Position numbers and translations under genes: made by a program. Below the pieces are notes generated by a model. The model was not told the origin of the DNA, searched no databases, and saw nothing but the letters and a program-made list of their open reading frames with translations. Positions 1 through 9,224 of a stretch of 64,000 bases of DNA are shown in pieces; the stretch's first letter is position 1, and each line of letters begins with the position of its first letter. Origin of the DNA: a virus. Where the stretch lies: the IMG/VR virus record IMGVR_UViG_3300045825_000261, positions 1 to 64,000 of that record; one strand, written 5' to 3'.

Positions 1-392
1 GCGAAGGCTCTGCGAGACCGCTAGGATGGTTGTGTGCAAATATCACGGCGGATGCGTTCGTTTTTAGCGCGGCTTTTACCACCTCGCGGGGGGTAAACGG
101 ACGCTTGTGAGATTGTTCCAAAAAACATCTCTTCGTAGGAAATCAGTCGGTTTTGTGTGTCCAGAAACATGCAAGCGAACACCTCGCGCTCAAGTAGCGC
201 CATCTTCAACGACAGGTAGGATTTGACCGCTTTCGGGTCGCTCAGCGTCGGGCCCACGACCAGTCTGTTAAAGATGATGCCAAGCGCCTTGTTTACCGTG
301 TCGTTATCCATTTCTTCTTGTGTTTGTTTTGTCACGCTGTATGCGGCGAGCTCTTCGGACTTGATTGCCAGTGTGTTGGTTTTGTTTTTCAT
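1..392 (-). pseudogene. radC: RadC-like JAB-domain protein, frameshifted in a C6 run; continues off the window start
   Basis: [17 protein letters not shown]...[10 protein letters not shown] is RadC-like. Removing one base from G6 at 88-93 restores [24 protein letters not shown]. Confidence 0.85.
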
Positions 393-475
393 TTTTCGCT
401 TTCATTGTGTTGTTTTGATGGTTGAATTATAGAAACAGCTTTATGGCTTCACAACTGACTTATGTGGACTCTCGT

Positions 476-769
476 CTATTCGCCAACTAGCCTCCGCACA
501 GCCACCGTCTCCACGCGAAACTTCTCGTCACCTACAAGAAACGGTCTGCCGTTTAGAATCTCTAACGCCTCGTCTCGACTGGCGATTGCCATTTTTGCGA
601 CTTTCCCTCGCTCCACGTAGTCCGTCGTAACGTGAATTGACACAGCCACGACAGCGATAAGCAAACAGATTGAGGCAATAAGCAAACAGATTGAGGCAAT
701 AAGCTTTGCGACCTTCCTTGTGGTCACTTGGTGGCGAACTCTCCATGTAGCGATGTTATAAATAAGCAT
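476..769 (-). CDS. hypothetical membrane protein with duplicated LIASICL segment
   Basis: ORF with GGAG RBS and one hydrophobic helix. Confidence 0.65.
   Translation of the reverse strand: MLIYNIATWRVRHQVTTRKVAKLIASICLLIASICLLIAVVAVSIHVTTDYVERGKVAKMAIASRDEALEILNGRPFLVGDEKFRVETVAVRRLVGE
657..704. repeat. 21-bp tandem repeat (ATAAGCAAACAGATTGAGGCA x2.3)
   Basis: exact duplication seen in sequence. Confidence 0.9.
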
Positions 770-778
770 GTCCGCTCC

Positions 779-1066
779 TTAGTCTTTAAACACAGGCGTT
801 GCGCCGATTACGTTGAAAATCAGGTGGTGCTTAATCATGCAGACGTTTTCCGACAAACTGCCTGACTTGAACGCTTGGCGAAAGGCGTGGTAGTGTCGGT
901 CGAAGAACGAGAGTGGCGTGTTATTTAGGTGCTCATCTTCGTTAAATAACTTGACCCATTCTTCTTTCGTCTTTCCGTAAGAGACATTTGCGTTTACCAA
1001 GCCATACGCGCTGCAAAGTTCCGCAAACTTGTCGTAGTGTTGGCGCGTTGTTTTCTTTGTTGTCAT
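779..1066 (-). CDS. hypothetical early protein
   Basis: start MTTKK with RBS, downstream of the promoter at 1104-1125. Confidence 0.7.
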   Translation of the reverse strand: MTTKKTTRQHYDKFAELCSAYGLVNANVSYGKTKEEWVKLFNEDEHLNNTPLSFFDRHYHAFRQAFKSGSLSENVCMIKHHLIFNVIGATPVFKD

Positions 1067-1330
1067 GATGTTCTGCCTTCTCTTGTTGTTGTTCGATGGT
1101 TGAATTATGAAAGTAAAAGCGTGGCTAATTATAGTCATTTGTGACTTATCCTGACAATATGCCTAGTTTGATTAACAGATTGGCTTCGCGTTGGTAATTT
1201 GACCTATATCGAGGTATCGCTGACACGCTGCCGGTCGAAGGCCAGTGTGTTTAAAGTGGTCGCTTTTGCCGCCAGTGTGGTAAAACTTAGCAGATCAGAG
1301 AAGATAAGCCCATGGCGAGCTCTTGAGAAA

Positions 1331-1358
1331 AAAGACGGGGCCGAAGCCCCGTTAAAAA
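1331..1358 (-). terminator. rho-independent terminator
   Basis: ACGGGGC-CGAA-GCCCCGT hairpin; the A-run on its left is the U-tail on the minus strand. Confidence 0.75.
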
Positions 1359-1391
1359 CAACACAACTACAACAACATCCTGTATTTTACA

Positions 1392-1724
1392 CTACCAAGC
1401 GTCTCCAGCGACACTTGCTGGCTGGTGTGGCGCTATCGGTGTGGCGACCATCTTTGGCGTAGCTCGCTCAACCGGCACAACTTTCAGTAGCGACATTCCA
1501 ACGCGCTGTCTGCGACCTGACACAGGCGAAATCTCTTCGACATTACACGTCTTGGAATTCACCTTCTTTATTCTCACCGTGTAGCCAATTCCGTCATAAT
1601 CAAAAGTCGCTGTTCTGCCAACTGCCGGCCTTGTGTCGAGTCGCGCAGCCAGTAATGTTTCAATGTGCGCCTTCATTTTGTTCAGCGTTTCAGTTCCAAG
1701 TGAATTCAGTTTTGATAAATCCAT
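1392..1724 (-). CDS. hypothetical protein (SH3-like beta fold possible), C-terminus GDAW
   Basis: ORF with GAGGA RBS. Confidence 0.7.
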   Translation of the reverse strand: MDLSKLNSLGTETLNKMKAHIETLLAARLDTRPAVGRTATFDYDGIGYTVRIKKVNSKTCNVEEISPVSGRRQRVGMSLLKVVPVERATPKMVATPIAPHQPASVAGDAW

Positions 1725-1848
1725 TTTCTCATCCTCTCAAGTGACTTGTTTCAAAAATTGACGCTCTCCAAGTCTTCTCTCGCGACTGCGCTTGAGTCTT
1801 GTCCGAAAGAACGTCTATTTTTGAAGAGGCGTAAGCCTCTTCGTTGCG

Positions 1849-2643
1849 CTATGACAAGCTCAATTCTGCCGTCATCTTCATCAAGATCAGCGAGTCGGGA
1901 TTTGGCACCATCTTGCCCTTTTCCTTCATTGTTACCTTCAGTGCCGGTAACAGCATCATCATTTGGTTCGCTTGTGACGCCGATGTGCCGGTGCTGTACT
2001 TAGTCAACAGGTCGGTTTGCAAATTCCCCTTCATGCCGCTAGTGATTTCGCCATCGCGAATCAATACAGCGAAGGTGCGTTGCAAAACTTCATTCAACTT
2101 GCCACCATTCGCCATGTAGCTGAACAGCATCGTTGCCTTTTGACCAACCTTGTCAGCCAGTTCGTCAATTGTCACGCAGAACGCATCCTGTGACGCTTTC
2201 AGGTCGTCGCCGCTCAGACCAGCATCAGCAACTTCCAGCAGCAAGAACTCGTCAGCCTTTGCACCAAGACGACTCAGCAGCACTTTGGATTCGTGACCGC
2301 GTTGGCGGCGAACACGTTCAGCTTTTGGCTCTTTAGGTTCTTTCGGTTCTTTTGCAACCTTTTCCTTCTTAGCTTTTTTCGCTTTCTTGGGCGCAGCGAC
2401 ATCTTCAGTCTTAGGCTTGTCGCCTTCAGTTATCTCTTCGTGGTTAGCTTCATCATCGGCGTACATCGCTTCAACAGCTTCCGCTTTCTCGATTTCAGCG
2501 GCAACCGCTTCAATTGCGGTCACTTCGCCCTCTTCGCCAGACGCTTCGATGATTTCATCATCAAACATTGAAGCCAAGATCGCTGCTTCGTCATCAGCAG
2601 AGAGGTTTGCAGAAACAGCGGAAGTCATATTAAATTGTGTCAT
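1849..2643 (-). CDS. hypothetical early protein with acidic N-terminus and K/E/P-rich linker
   Basis: strong AAGGAG RBS; two tandem promoters upstream. Confidence 0.8.
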   Translation of the reverse strand: MTQFNMTSAVSANLSADDEAAILASMFDDEIIEASGEEGEVTAIEAVAAEIEKAEAVEAMYADDEANHEEITEGDKPKTEDVAAPKKAKKAKKEKVAKEPKEPKEPKAERVRRQRGHESKVLLSRLGAKADEFLLLEVADAGLSGDDLKASQDAFCVTIDELADKVGQKATMLFSYMANGGKLNEVLQRTFAVLIRDGEITSGMKGNLQTDLLTKYSTGTSASQANQMMMLLPALKVTMKEKGKMVPNPDSLILMKMTAELSLS

Positions 2644-2849
2644 TTTGAATCTCCTTAGTATGTGTAATTGTCGTTTTGTTGTATCGCTTCGTTTTGCGAT
2701 GATTGAATTATGAGTGTTTAATCAAGGACTAAGAAGCAATCTACTTGGCAAACTTCTTATTTCCTTGCTGCTCTTTCTTCTCTCGTTGCGTTGTTGTGAT
2801 GGTTGAATTCTAAAGAGTGGTCTTAGGACTTAAAACCACTCTTCGAGGA

Positions 2850-3176
2850 TTAAATACATTCCGCCAAGTTACTCAGTGGCTCACCGTCATATTTGCCGTA
2901 CAGTTCAAATTGACTGAAACCACTCCAAGACAGGTCTTGCATAAACTTAACAAGGCGCTGTTTGTTGATTGAATTAAAATCTGACGACTCCGCGATCAGG
3001 TAGGGTTTACGAAAGCTTGGCGCTACCTCTTCGGTAGCATAAAAGTCACCGTCGCCAAAATGCTTCATTACGCGACCTTGTTGATTGGGTACGGCAGCTT
3101 CGAGCCTGTAACCGATGATCCGGTCAGAAGTCTTAGTGCGCACAGTCTTTACATGGATAACCGCAATGCTGGTCAT
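2850..3176 (-). CDS. hypothetical protein
   Basis: start MTSIAV with GAAAGG RBS; promoter at 3213-3234. Confidence 0.7.
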   Translation of the reverse strand: MTSIAVIHVKTVRTKTSDRIIGYRLEAAVPNQQGRVMKHFGDGDFYATEEVAPSFRKPYLIAESSDFNSINKQRLVKFMQDLSWSGFSQFELYGKYDGEPLSNLAECI

Positions 3177-3548
3177 TTTGTTACCTTTCATCATGTTGTT
3201 TTCAAGGTGTTCATTCTCGCAACAAGACACAGGACAAAAACTGGCAAATGGTATTGCTCCTATATAGGTTCACCCATTGCAATTTGCTATATAAGAACGT
3301 GCGCGTGAGTAAACCACAAACGCAGGAGAAAGAAGCTTGCAGATATGGCGAAAAGTTGTTCGCCAACAATGTGAGGCGCAAGCCTTATGCGAGCGCTGTC
3401 ATTCGCTGAAAAGAGCCACAGAGAAAATCAGAATTTGAAACTGACGCAAAATCGCCACGCGAAAAGAAAACACACACCAGACTCGCCAAGGCGGTGAGTG
3501 CAGCGTGTGTTATTCGTAGAATAATAGTATCGCCGCGAGTAACCGTTT

Positions 3549-4010
3549 TCACCATGCCCCTACGCCGTCGTCCACAACCCCTTTGATTGACGCGCAGTCA
3601 CTTGCCGGAGCATCAGGTGATGGCGGCGGTGGTGGAGGCGGCGGCGGTGCGTAGAGATTATCCTCTTCGATAAGCTCGTCATTCTCATCGCGATGCGAGT
3701 TTGTCCAGCGCTCGATAAATTGTTCGTATGCGTTTATGGCAGTCTCTTCATTCGGAAACCATAAGTCAGATTGAACAGGGTCCTTTACCCACTTCCCGGA
3801 CGAATTCAGGTTGAAGATGTCGAGCCGGATCACCTTGCGCATTTCTGGAAATACGTCCATGTTTGCAACCGTGCCAACCCAATCGACAACCACACGAACT
3901 TCGCTATTATCATACCGGCGAACGGTTGAGTAGCTCTCACTGGCAATTAGCGCTTCCCACTCTTTAGCGGTAATCTTCGCTCCGCTTCTGTTGATGTAAC
4001 CCGCGCTCAC
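3549..4010 (-). CDS. hypothetical protein with polyproline linker, C-terminus GVGAW
   Basis: GGAGG RBS; nine-proline tract. Confidence 0.75.
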   Translation of the reverse strand: MSAGYINRSGAKITAKEWEALIASESYSTVRRYDNSEVRVVVDWVGTVANMDVFPEMRKVIRLDIFNLNSSGKWVKDPVQSDLWFPNEETAINAYEQFIERWTNSHRDENDELIEEDNLYAPPPPPPPPPSPDAPASDCASIKGVVDDGVGAW

Positions 4011-4177
4011 AATAATTCCTCCGGTAACTCACCTTTGTCTCGCTTTTCCATTTCATCACCTTTTAGCGCCAATGTTAAATCGTGAGCAGATACACGTTGC
4101 CCATCCAGAATTTGCCGCAACCCCGTCTCGACTTCACTCAGTAACGCGGCGGATTCGTCTTTGTCTTGTTTGGTCAC
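4007..4177 (-). CDS. 56-aa hypothetical protein (not in ORF track)
   Basis: GTG start, MTKQDKDESAALLSEVETG...EELL; fills the operon gap with a GTGA overlap. Confidence 0.6.
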   Translation of the reverse strand: MTKQDKDESAALLSEVETGLRQILDGQRVSAHDLTLALKGDEMEKRDKGELPEELL

Positions 4178-4178
4178 T

Positions 4179-4586
4179 TCAAATCTCCTTCAGCATTTTA
4201 GGACTCCAGTACAGATCGAGCTCCACACCATTCTCGACAATCTCGTCAATGCTGATGTAGCCTAACTCACCACCATAGCCGAGATTCGCTAAACCGAACG
4301 CCTGTGATTGCTCGGTGTCTGAAGTCATATCCTTTTCTGTAATATGAAAATCCATGCCGGCTTGGAAGTAATGCAGGTAAACGATCGCCTCGTAACCTCT
4401 TCCGTCTTGCTCGTATGACTTCGGCATTGCCTCGATGCGCTCACGCAGCCCTGTCAAAAGTTCAACGAAGAACATTTTCTCTTCGCCTTTGAGAGACTTC
4501 ACTAGCACCATTCGTTGAAGCGCCGGCATCCAATTCTCAAAGAAACCAGATGGCATGAGTGATTCTTTAGTTTGCTGTAAATTCAT
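4179..4586 (-). CDS. DUF2958-like protein
   Basis: YLHYF...FHITE...AFGLANLG...ELGYISIDEI...ELDLYW pattern. Confidence 0.6.
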   Translation of the reverse strand: MNLQQTKESLMPSGFFENWMPALQRMVLVKSLKGEEKMFFVELLTGLRERIEAMPKSYEQDGRGYEAIVYLHYFQAGMDFHITEKDMTSDTEQSQAFGLANLGYGGELGYISIDEIVENGVELDLYWSPKMLKEI

Positions 4587-4655
4587 TTTGCGGCCTCGTC
4601 GTTTTGTTCAGTGTGTTAATTCTAGCTCTCGGTCGAAGGACTACCTTCGGACAAC

Positions 4656-5315
4656 TTACCAACTCCGCACTCTGAATTGACTAATGCGTGCCTGATATGC
4701 GTTGAAGTCCATCAGTGGGTCGGTAATCACCAACTCGCCATTCTTTCGTTGCATGAAATTTCCCAAGTGCATGTCCAACTGAATACCGCCGTCATCACAC
4801 GTCGCGCAGAAGTTTTCAAGTTGGCGAAGTGCATTCTTTACGCTGCGCGGCAGGTTCTTTGCGCACTTAACAATATCCTCAATCTGCTCTGCTGCACTCA
4901 TTGGCTTTGAGCGGCAACGATACCGTGCCGTTGTCAGCTTGCCTTTACTTGATCGGTGTTGCTGCGCAATCGCACTGGCAAGCTTTCTAGTATCGCTGCC
5001 GATTTCAAGCTTCTGAAGGCGTTCGATTTCAAAAGCGTAAATTGGGAACATTTGACCATTTAGGCTAATTTCGCCAATGTCTTGGTAATTCTCAACCAGA
5101 CGAGGAAAGTGCCGGTGATCAACCGCGCTGACGTTGCAGTTTAACATCCAGTAGTTAAAGCTGTCAGTAGTGACTTTAATTACGGTATTGGCTCTGCCAC
5201 CTTCATACACTGCCGAAAACGCACCTCGCGCTATACATTTTTTACCAACCAGCGCCTCATGCCGTAAAGCTTGCTTTACACGCCAATCATTGAGTTGTAG
5301 AACTTTAAGTGCCAT
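4656..5315 (-). CDS. Ser/Thr protein kinase, T7 gp0.7-like kinase domain
   Basis: ARGAFSAVY Gly-loop, VIK, DMHLGNFM catalytic loop, ITDP. Confidence 0.75.
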   Translation of the reverse strand: MALKVLQLNDWRVKQALRHEALVGKKCIARGAFSAVYEGGRANTVIKVTTDSFNYWMLNCNVSAVDHRHFPRLVENYQDIGEISLNGQMFPIYAFEIERLQKLEIGSDTRKLASAIAQQHRSSKGKLTTARYRCRSKPMSAAEQIEDIVKCAKNLPRSVKNALRQLENFCATCDDGGIQLDMHLGNFMQRKNGELVITDPLMDFNAYQARISQFRVRSW

Positions 5316-5384
5316 TTTATTACCTCTCTTTGTGCATAATTTGCGAACAGTTGCATTATTTCAAAGAGAGGTAGGCATAACAAG

Positions 5385-5567
5385 TCAGTTGTGACTTACT
5401 CCGGTATTGTAATCGTCTAACGGTATAGGCGCAGCGCCCGTATTTGAGTTTTCGGCGTGAATTATGCGACGCAAACGCGCAGCTTCCAACTCCTCCTCAA
5501 TTAACTTGCTGTAGGTAATTGCAATTCTTTTACGGCATTGCGAAAGCTCATACTCATGCGCAGTCAT
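5385..5567 (-). CDS. hypothetical protein
   Basis: GAGGA RBS; operon context. Confidence 0.5.
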   Translation of the reverse strand: MTAHEYELSQCRKRIAITYSKLIEEELEAARLRRIIHAENSNTGAAPIPLDDYNTGVSHN

Positions 5568-5569
5568 TT

Positions 5570-5878
5570 TTAATCCTCACTTTCGTTTGTTACCTTAATA
5601 ATTACCTTCGGTATGTCAACTGTGAATCCGTGTGCGCGACCCAGAAGCCCCGCAAGCGCACCCAATACAAAGAACTGAGCGATGAAGAACAGACCGACGA
5701 ATGGCGGTATAATAACGCCTCTCCAAAGCATCAATGGCAGGTTGATAAGTGGAGCGGTAAAACCGATCCACAAGCTACTCAAATACGACTGCCCCTTAAT
5801 GCGCCCAATGATAAATTGATGCTGTTCCGGAAACAGTGTTCGCTCAACCTTATCTGATTCAATAAATACTTTGCTCAT
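5570..5878 (-). CDS. hypothetical membrane protein
   Basis: GGAG RBS; two hydrophobic segments. Confidence 0.65.
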   Translation of the reverse strand: MSKVFIESDKVERTLFPEQHQFIIGRIKGQSYLSSLWIGFTAPLINLPLMLWRGVIIPPFVGLFFIAQFFVLGALAGLLGRAHGFTVDIPKVIIKVTNESED

Positions 5879-6401
5879 TTGCGTTGCTCCTTTCGTGGTT
5901 TTTCAAAATCTCACTCAATTCCAAATAAAACTGCTGATACCGCTTAACTCTCTCAAAGCCTCTGTCTGTCGCGCCTTTCAGCCTGCGAATGTCGCTGTTG
6001 TGTGTCAGATCAGCCATCTTCACAATGACCGCATCCAGATTCGTCTTAACGCACTCTTTGTACTTCTCGTAAGTCTGGTCTGGCCGCTTTGTCAGCAGCA
6101 CAATTCCCAAGATCACCCGAGTAGAGAATCCCAATTTACGCAGCGCAGCAACGCCGGCCGCCATATTTGAATAGGTATATTCAATCAAACCATGTCCAAG
6201 TGCGATGCATTGAATCTCTTCATCGTCTGAGTTTGTATAATGCATCACCTTCAATGGATGCAGAATATATGGACGACCGCCTTTATCGAATTGTCCGTGA
6301 TGACGGTTCGCGGCAAGCGAAAGCATTGCGGCAAGCTGCTCTCCAGGAACTCGATTAAGCTCTCTCATGCCGCCTCCAGGAACTTGATTAGGCTCTCTCA
6401 T
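5859..6401 (-). CDS. RelA/SpoT-type HD small alarmone hydrolase homolog with degenerate HD motif
   Basis: HHGQFDKGGRPYILHP, LLTK, VKMADLTHN; HDxxED reads HGLIEY. Confidence 0.8.
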   Translation of the reverse strand: MREPNQVPGGGMRELNRVPGEQLAAMLSLAANRHHGQFDKGGRPYILHPLKVMHYTNSDDEEIQCIALGHGLIEYTYSNMAAGVAALRKLGFSTRVILGIVLLTKRPDQTYEKYKECVKTNLDAVIVKMADLTHNSDIRRLKGATDRGFERVKRYQQFYLELSEILKNHERSNANEQSIY

Positions 6402-6407
6402 GCTGCC
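6341..6407. repeat. 33-bp imperfect tandem duplication of the gene start
   Basis: encodes MREPNQVPGGG/MRELNRVPGE. Confidence 0.85.
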
Positions 6408-6991
6408 ACCTTCATGTCGTCATAGCAGTTTTTGAAGTCGGCAGCGCCGCGAGCTTCCTTTGGCAGTTCGTAGAAGCCGCGCTTCAGTCCTCGAAAGAAG
6501 CATTCGGCAGTAACCAGAACGTCATATTCGGCGGCATGTGCCTTACCTTTGTCATATTCGACACCAAGCGCAAACGCGAGCTCCAACAGCTTCGGCATCT
6601 TGCCGTCTGGACATGCCCAACGCGCATTTTCCATAGTACAGAACGAGTGAACGTCGGGAACGTCAACGCCTACGCGCTGCAACTCGCAGCCGATAAATGG
6701 GCCATCAAAACTCATATTGTGCGCAACCAGCAAATTGCCTTTAGTCATACGATCTGAGATTTCTTGAGCCATATCTTCCCAAGTTGGGCAGCCGGCAAGG
6801 TCAGAGTACGCAATGCCGTGAACCGCTTGTGCGCCAGGATCAATCGGCATCTGTGGATCGAATCGCTGAACCCAAGTGTCGATCAGCTTCTCGGAGTCGA
6901 GGTCGTATGTGAGCAAGGCTATTTCGATGATTTTGTGACCCGCCTCTTGTTTGAGCCCCGTCGTCTCTGTATCCAAAACTATGATATTCAT
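6398..6991 (-). CDS. dnaQ: DEDDh 3'-5' exonuclease (DnaQ/epsilon-like)
   Basis: LDTETTG, AHNMSFD, AHAAEYD. Confidence 0.9.
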   Translation of the reverse strand: MNIIVLDTETTGLKQEAGHKIIEIALLTYDLDSEKLIDTWVQRFDPQMPIDPGAQAVHGIAYSDLAGCPTWEDMAQEISDRMTKGNLLVAHNMSFDGPFIGCELQRVGVDVPDVHSFCTMENARWACPDGKMPKLLELAFALGVEYDKGKAHAAEYDVLVTAECFFRGLKRGFYELPKEARGAADFKNCYDDMKVAA

Positions 6992-7183
6992 TTCGTATAG
7001 TCCTCTATTTTTAAAATCGCAGCATTTGATAGACTGCATCTATAACCATCTTCATCATGAATCCAATCGTCATAGTCGGTAAGAAAGTCAAAAAGCCAGC
7101 GAGCGCTACGTCAACCACGATCCGTTAGCATCCAAATTCCACCGATCCACCAGCGGTACAGTGTGAACCTGCGCAGCAGAGGG

Positions 7184-7411
7184 TTAGTTTTCTTCGGCAT
7201 GAAGAGTCTCTTGTTGATACTCGTACCTGTCGGCAAAGCACATTAAGAAATTGCAGACGGAGAACAGCAGCGCCGTCATAAGCAAAATCACCATCGACAA
7301 CTTACCTGCGCCACTGAAGAAGTCGCGAACAAAATGATCTGTCGTGCTCCAGTTAAGTCTCAAAATAAAATACAGGCTCAACAGTGAGCAGAATCCCCAA
7401 AATAACACCAT
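7184..7411 (-). CDS. small membrane protein
   Basis: GAGGAGG RBS; two hydrophobic helices. Confidence 0.6.
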   Translation of the reverse strand: MVLFWGFCSLLSLYFILRLNWSTTDHFVRDFFSGAGKLSMVILLMTALLFSVCNFLMCFADRYEYQQETLHAEEN

Positions 7412-7491
7412 ACGACACCTCCTCTTAAAGACTTATCACTACACACAAAGTCATTACTGACTGAATGCGTAGTATAAATGCTCAAGTCAGG

Positions 7492-7782
7492 CTATGCAGC
7501 TACCATAGCTGACTTATCAGACTTCGCCTTGCGAGGGCGACGAGCCACCAGTGCATCGTTCAAAATCTTGCGCAGAATGTCGGCGTTATCCACGATAAAC
7601 TTAGTCAGATCACCGGCGTAAAGAATGCGATTCCCTTCTTCGTCGTCCGAAAATGACTCGGCGCTAAATACCGTTCCATCGGCAGCCTTCGCCACACGCA
7701 AGCAAATTTCATGCTTTGCGCACAGTGTTGCCGTGTCGTGCAGTTTGCCATCCGATGATTTGTGTAATGTTACTTTTGCCAT
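7492..7782 (-). CDS. hypothetical protein
   Basis: ORF with RBS in operon. Confidence 0.7.
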   Translation of the reverse strand: MAKVTLHKSSDGKLHDTATLCAKHEICLRVAKAADGTVFSAESFSDDEEGNRILYAGDLTKFIVDNADILRKILNDALVARRPRKAKSDKSAMVAA

Positions 7783-7802
7783 GTTTTCTTCCCTTCCGTT
7801 AG

Positions 7803-8195
7803 TTAAGCGTGGGCCGCCTCGTTGAAGCCGCGACGTTCCATCATTGAGTTAAACGCATCCTTGACGCCTTGGTTCGATTGCTTCTCGATACGTTTGCGCA
7901 AAGCCTCTTTCAACTCTTCGTTGTTGACGCCGTAGTTTGCCGCAGCAACAAATGCTGCAATAACAACATCGGCAACTTCTTCAGCGAACTCGTCAGTCGT
8001 ATCGCCACCCATCAGTACGGAGGCAGACAGATCGCCAACGCTCGTTGCCAGCTTACAAACTGTTGCGGTAGGCTCTGCTTGAACCAGATTCTTGAACTTG
8101 TACGCAAGCGTAGTCAGTTCATCCAGTGTTTCGATTGGGTGGATTGTTACATTGTGACCAACATTCAAATTGATCAGTGGCTCTTGTCCTTGCAT
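7803..8195 (-). CDS. degenerate MazG-like NTP pyrophosphatase fold
   Basis: KLATSVGDL...EEVADV; first ExxE pair is lost. Confidence 0.6.
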   Translation of the reverse strand: MQGQEPLINLNVGHNVTIHPIETLDELTTLAYKFKNLVQAEPTATVCKLATSVGDLSASVLMGGDTTDEFAEEVADVVIAAFVAAANYGVNNEELKEALRKRIEKQSNQGVKDAFNSMMERRGFNEAAHA

Positions 8196-8435
8196 ATTTA
8201 CTTCCTCCGTTGGTTGTTACTGTTGAATTGAGCCGATTACTCGGCGCTGCAAAGTGTAAGTCATTACTGACTGTGATAATTATATAAACGAAACGCTGGA
8301 AACGCTAGTGCTTGTGCTGGAAAATGTAAAGACGTTGCCTTAATTGACCAGACAAACCGCAATAAGGACAAACGTTTGTCTCATTCTCGTCAGTCTGGAA
8401 TGACTTACCACAACCACTACACTTAAACAGCAGCG

Positions 8436-9224
8436 TCAAAAGCTTCCCCAACCTTCAGATCGCTCTACAGCGCTGCCATTTCTACAACTTAATGACAAGT
8501 TATCATGAACATTAGAGGCACCGACCGTATTCGTGACCATAGCGGTAGGATTAAAGTAACCAACGAAGCTTGGATAATAGTCGTCGCGATAATTGGTCCC
8601 AATCTCAAGAACAGTTCTGCCGGTAATAATATCCACAAACGAAACGGTCTTTCTATCTTCATGGTCGAGGGACGTATCTCTTGCGACAACTCGACATTCC
8701 GGAAACGTGTTTTTGATCGAATTGTCCGGAATAACCTTCACTACATTGAGCGTAGACCTGTATCCGTCACTTGGGTCTTCGATTGCCGAAAACGTCACGC
8801 CATCAAGTTTGAAATTGACCGCCTGACAGTCTTCGTATTCGTCACCCCAAGCCTTACTTGTCGAAAGAGACACTGTATCAACGCCACTAAGACGAAACTC
8901 TTTGTCAATGAAGGTTTCCGCAAGATCAACATTGTCGCCCAGGCTTAAATTGCGGAAGTTGCCAATCGGTCTTTCGGCACTCCGAACAATATCGACACCC
9001 CAGTGACTCAACATGAATTGGTTAAGTTCTGGATTGTCCACGTCGATCATGAAAGTTTTTTGAGGCTCGGTCATTGATTTTTTATCAACTGCCGTGACTT
9101 TCATGGTGACTAGACTCATGGTTTTTGCGCCAATATTCGTGCCGTAGATTGACTCGAAGCCATACTCATTCAATACAACGATGTCGCCAACTTTTGGGAC
9201 AGGATGCGATTTGACCGTCATCAT
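8436..9224 (-). CDS. two-domain hypothetical protein, C-terminus GWGSF
   Basis: GGAGG RBS; TAATG coupling. Confidence 0.75.
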   Translation of the reverse strand: MMTVKSHPVPKVGDIVVLNEYGFESIYGTNIGAKTMSLVTMKVTAVDKKSMTEPQKTFMIDVDNPELNQFMLSHWGVDIVRSAERPIGNFRNLSLGDNVDLAETFIDKEFRLSGVDTVSLSTSKAWGDEYEDCQAVNFKLDGVTFSAIEDPSDGYRSTLNVVKVIPDNSIKNTFPECRVVARDTSLDHEDRKTVSFVDIITGRTVLEIGTNYRDDYYPSFVGYFNPTAMVTNTVGASNVHDNLSLSCRNGSAVERSEGWGSF

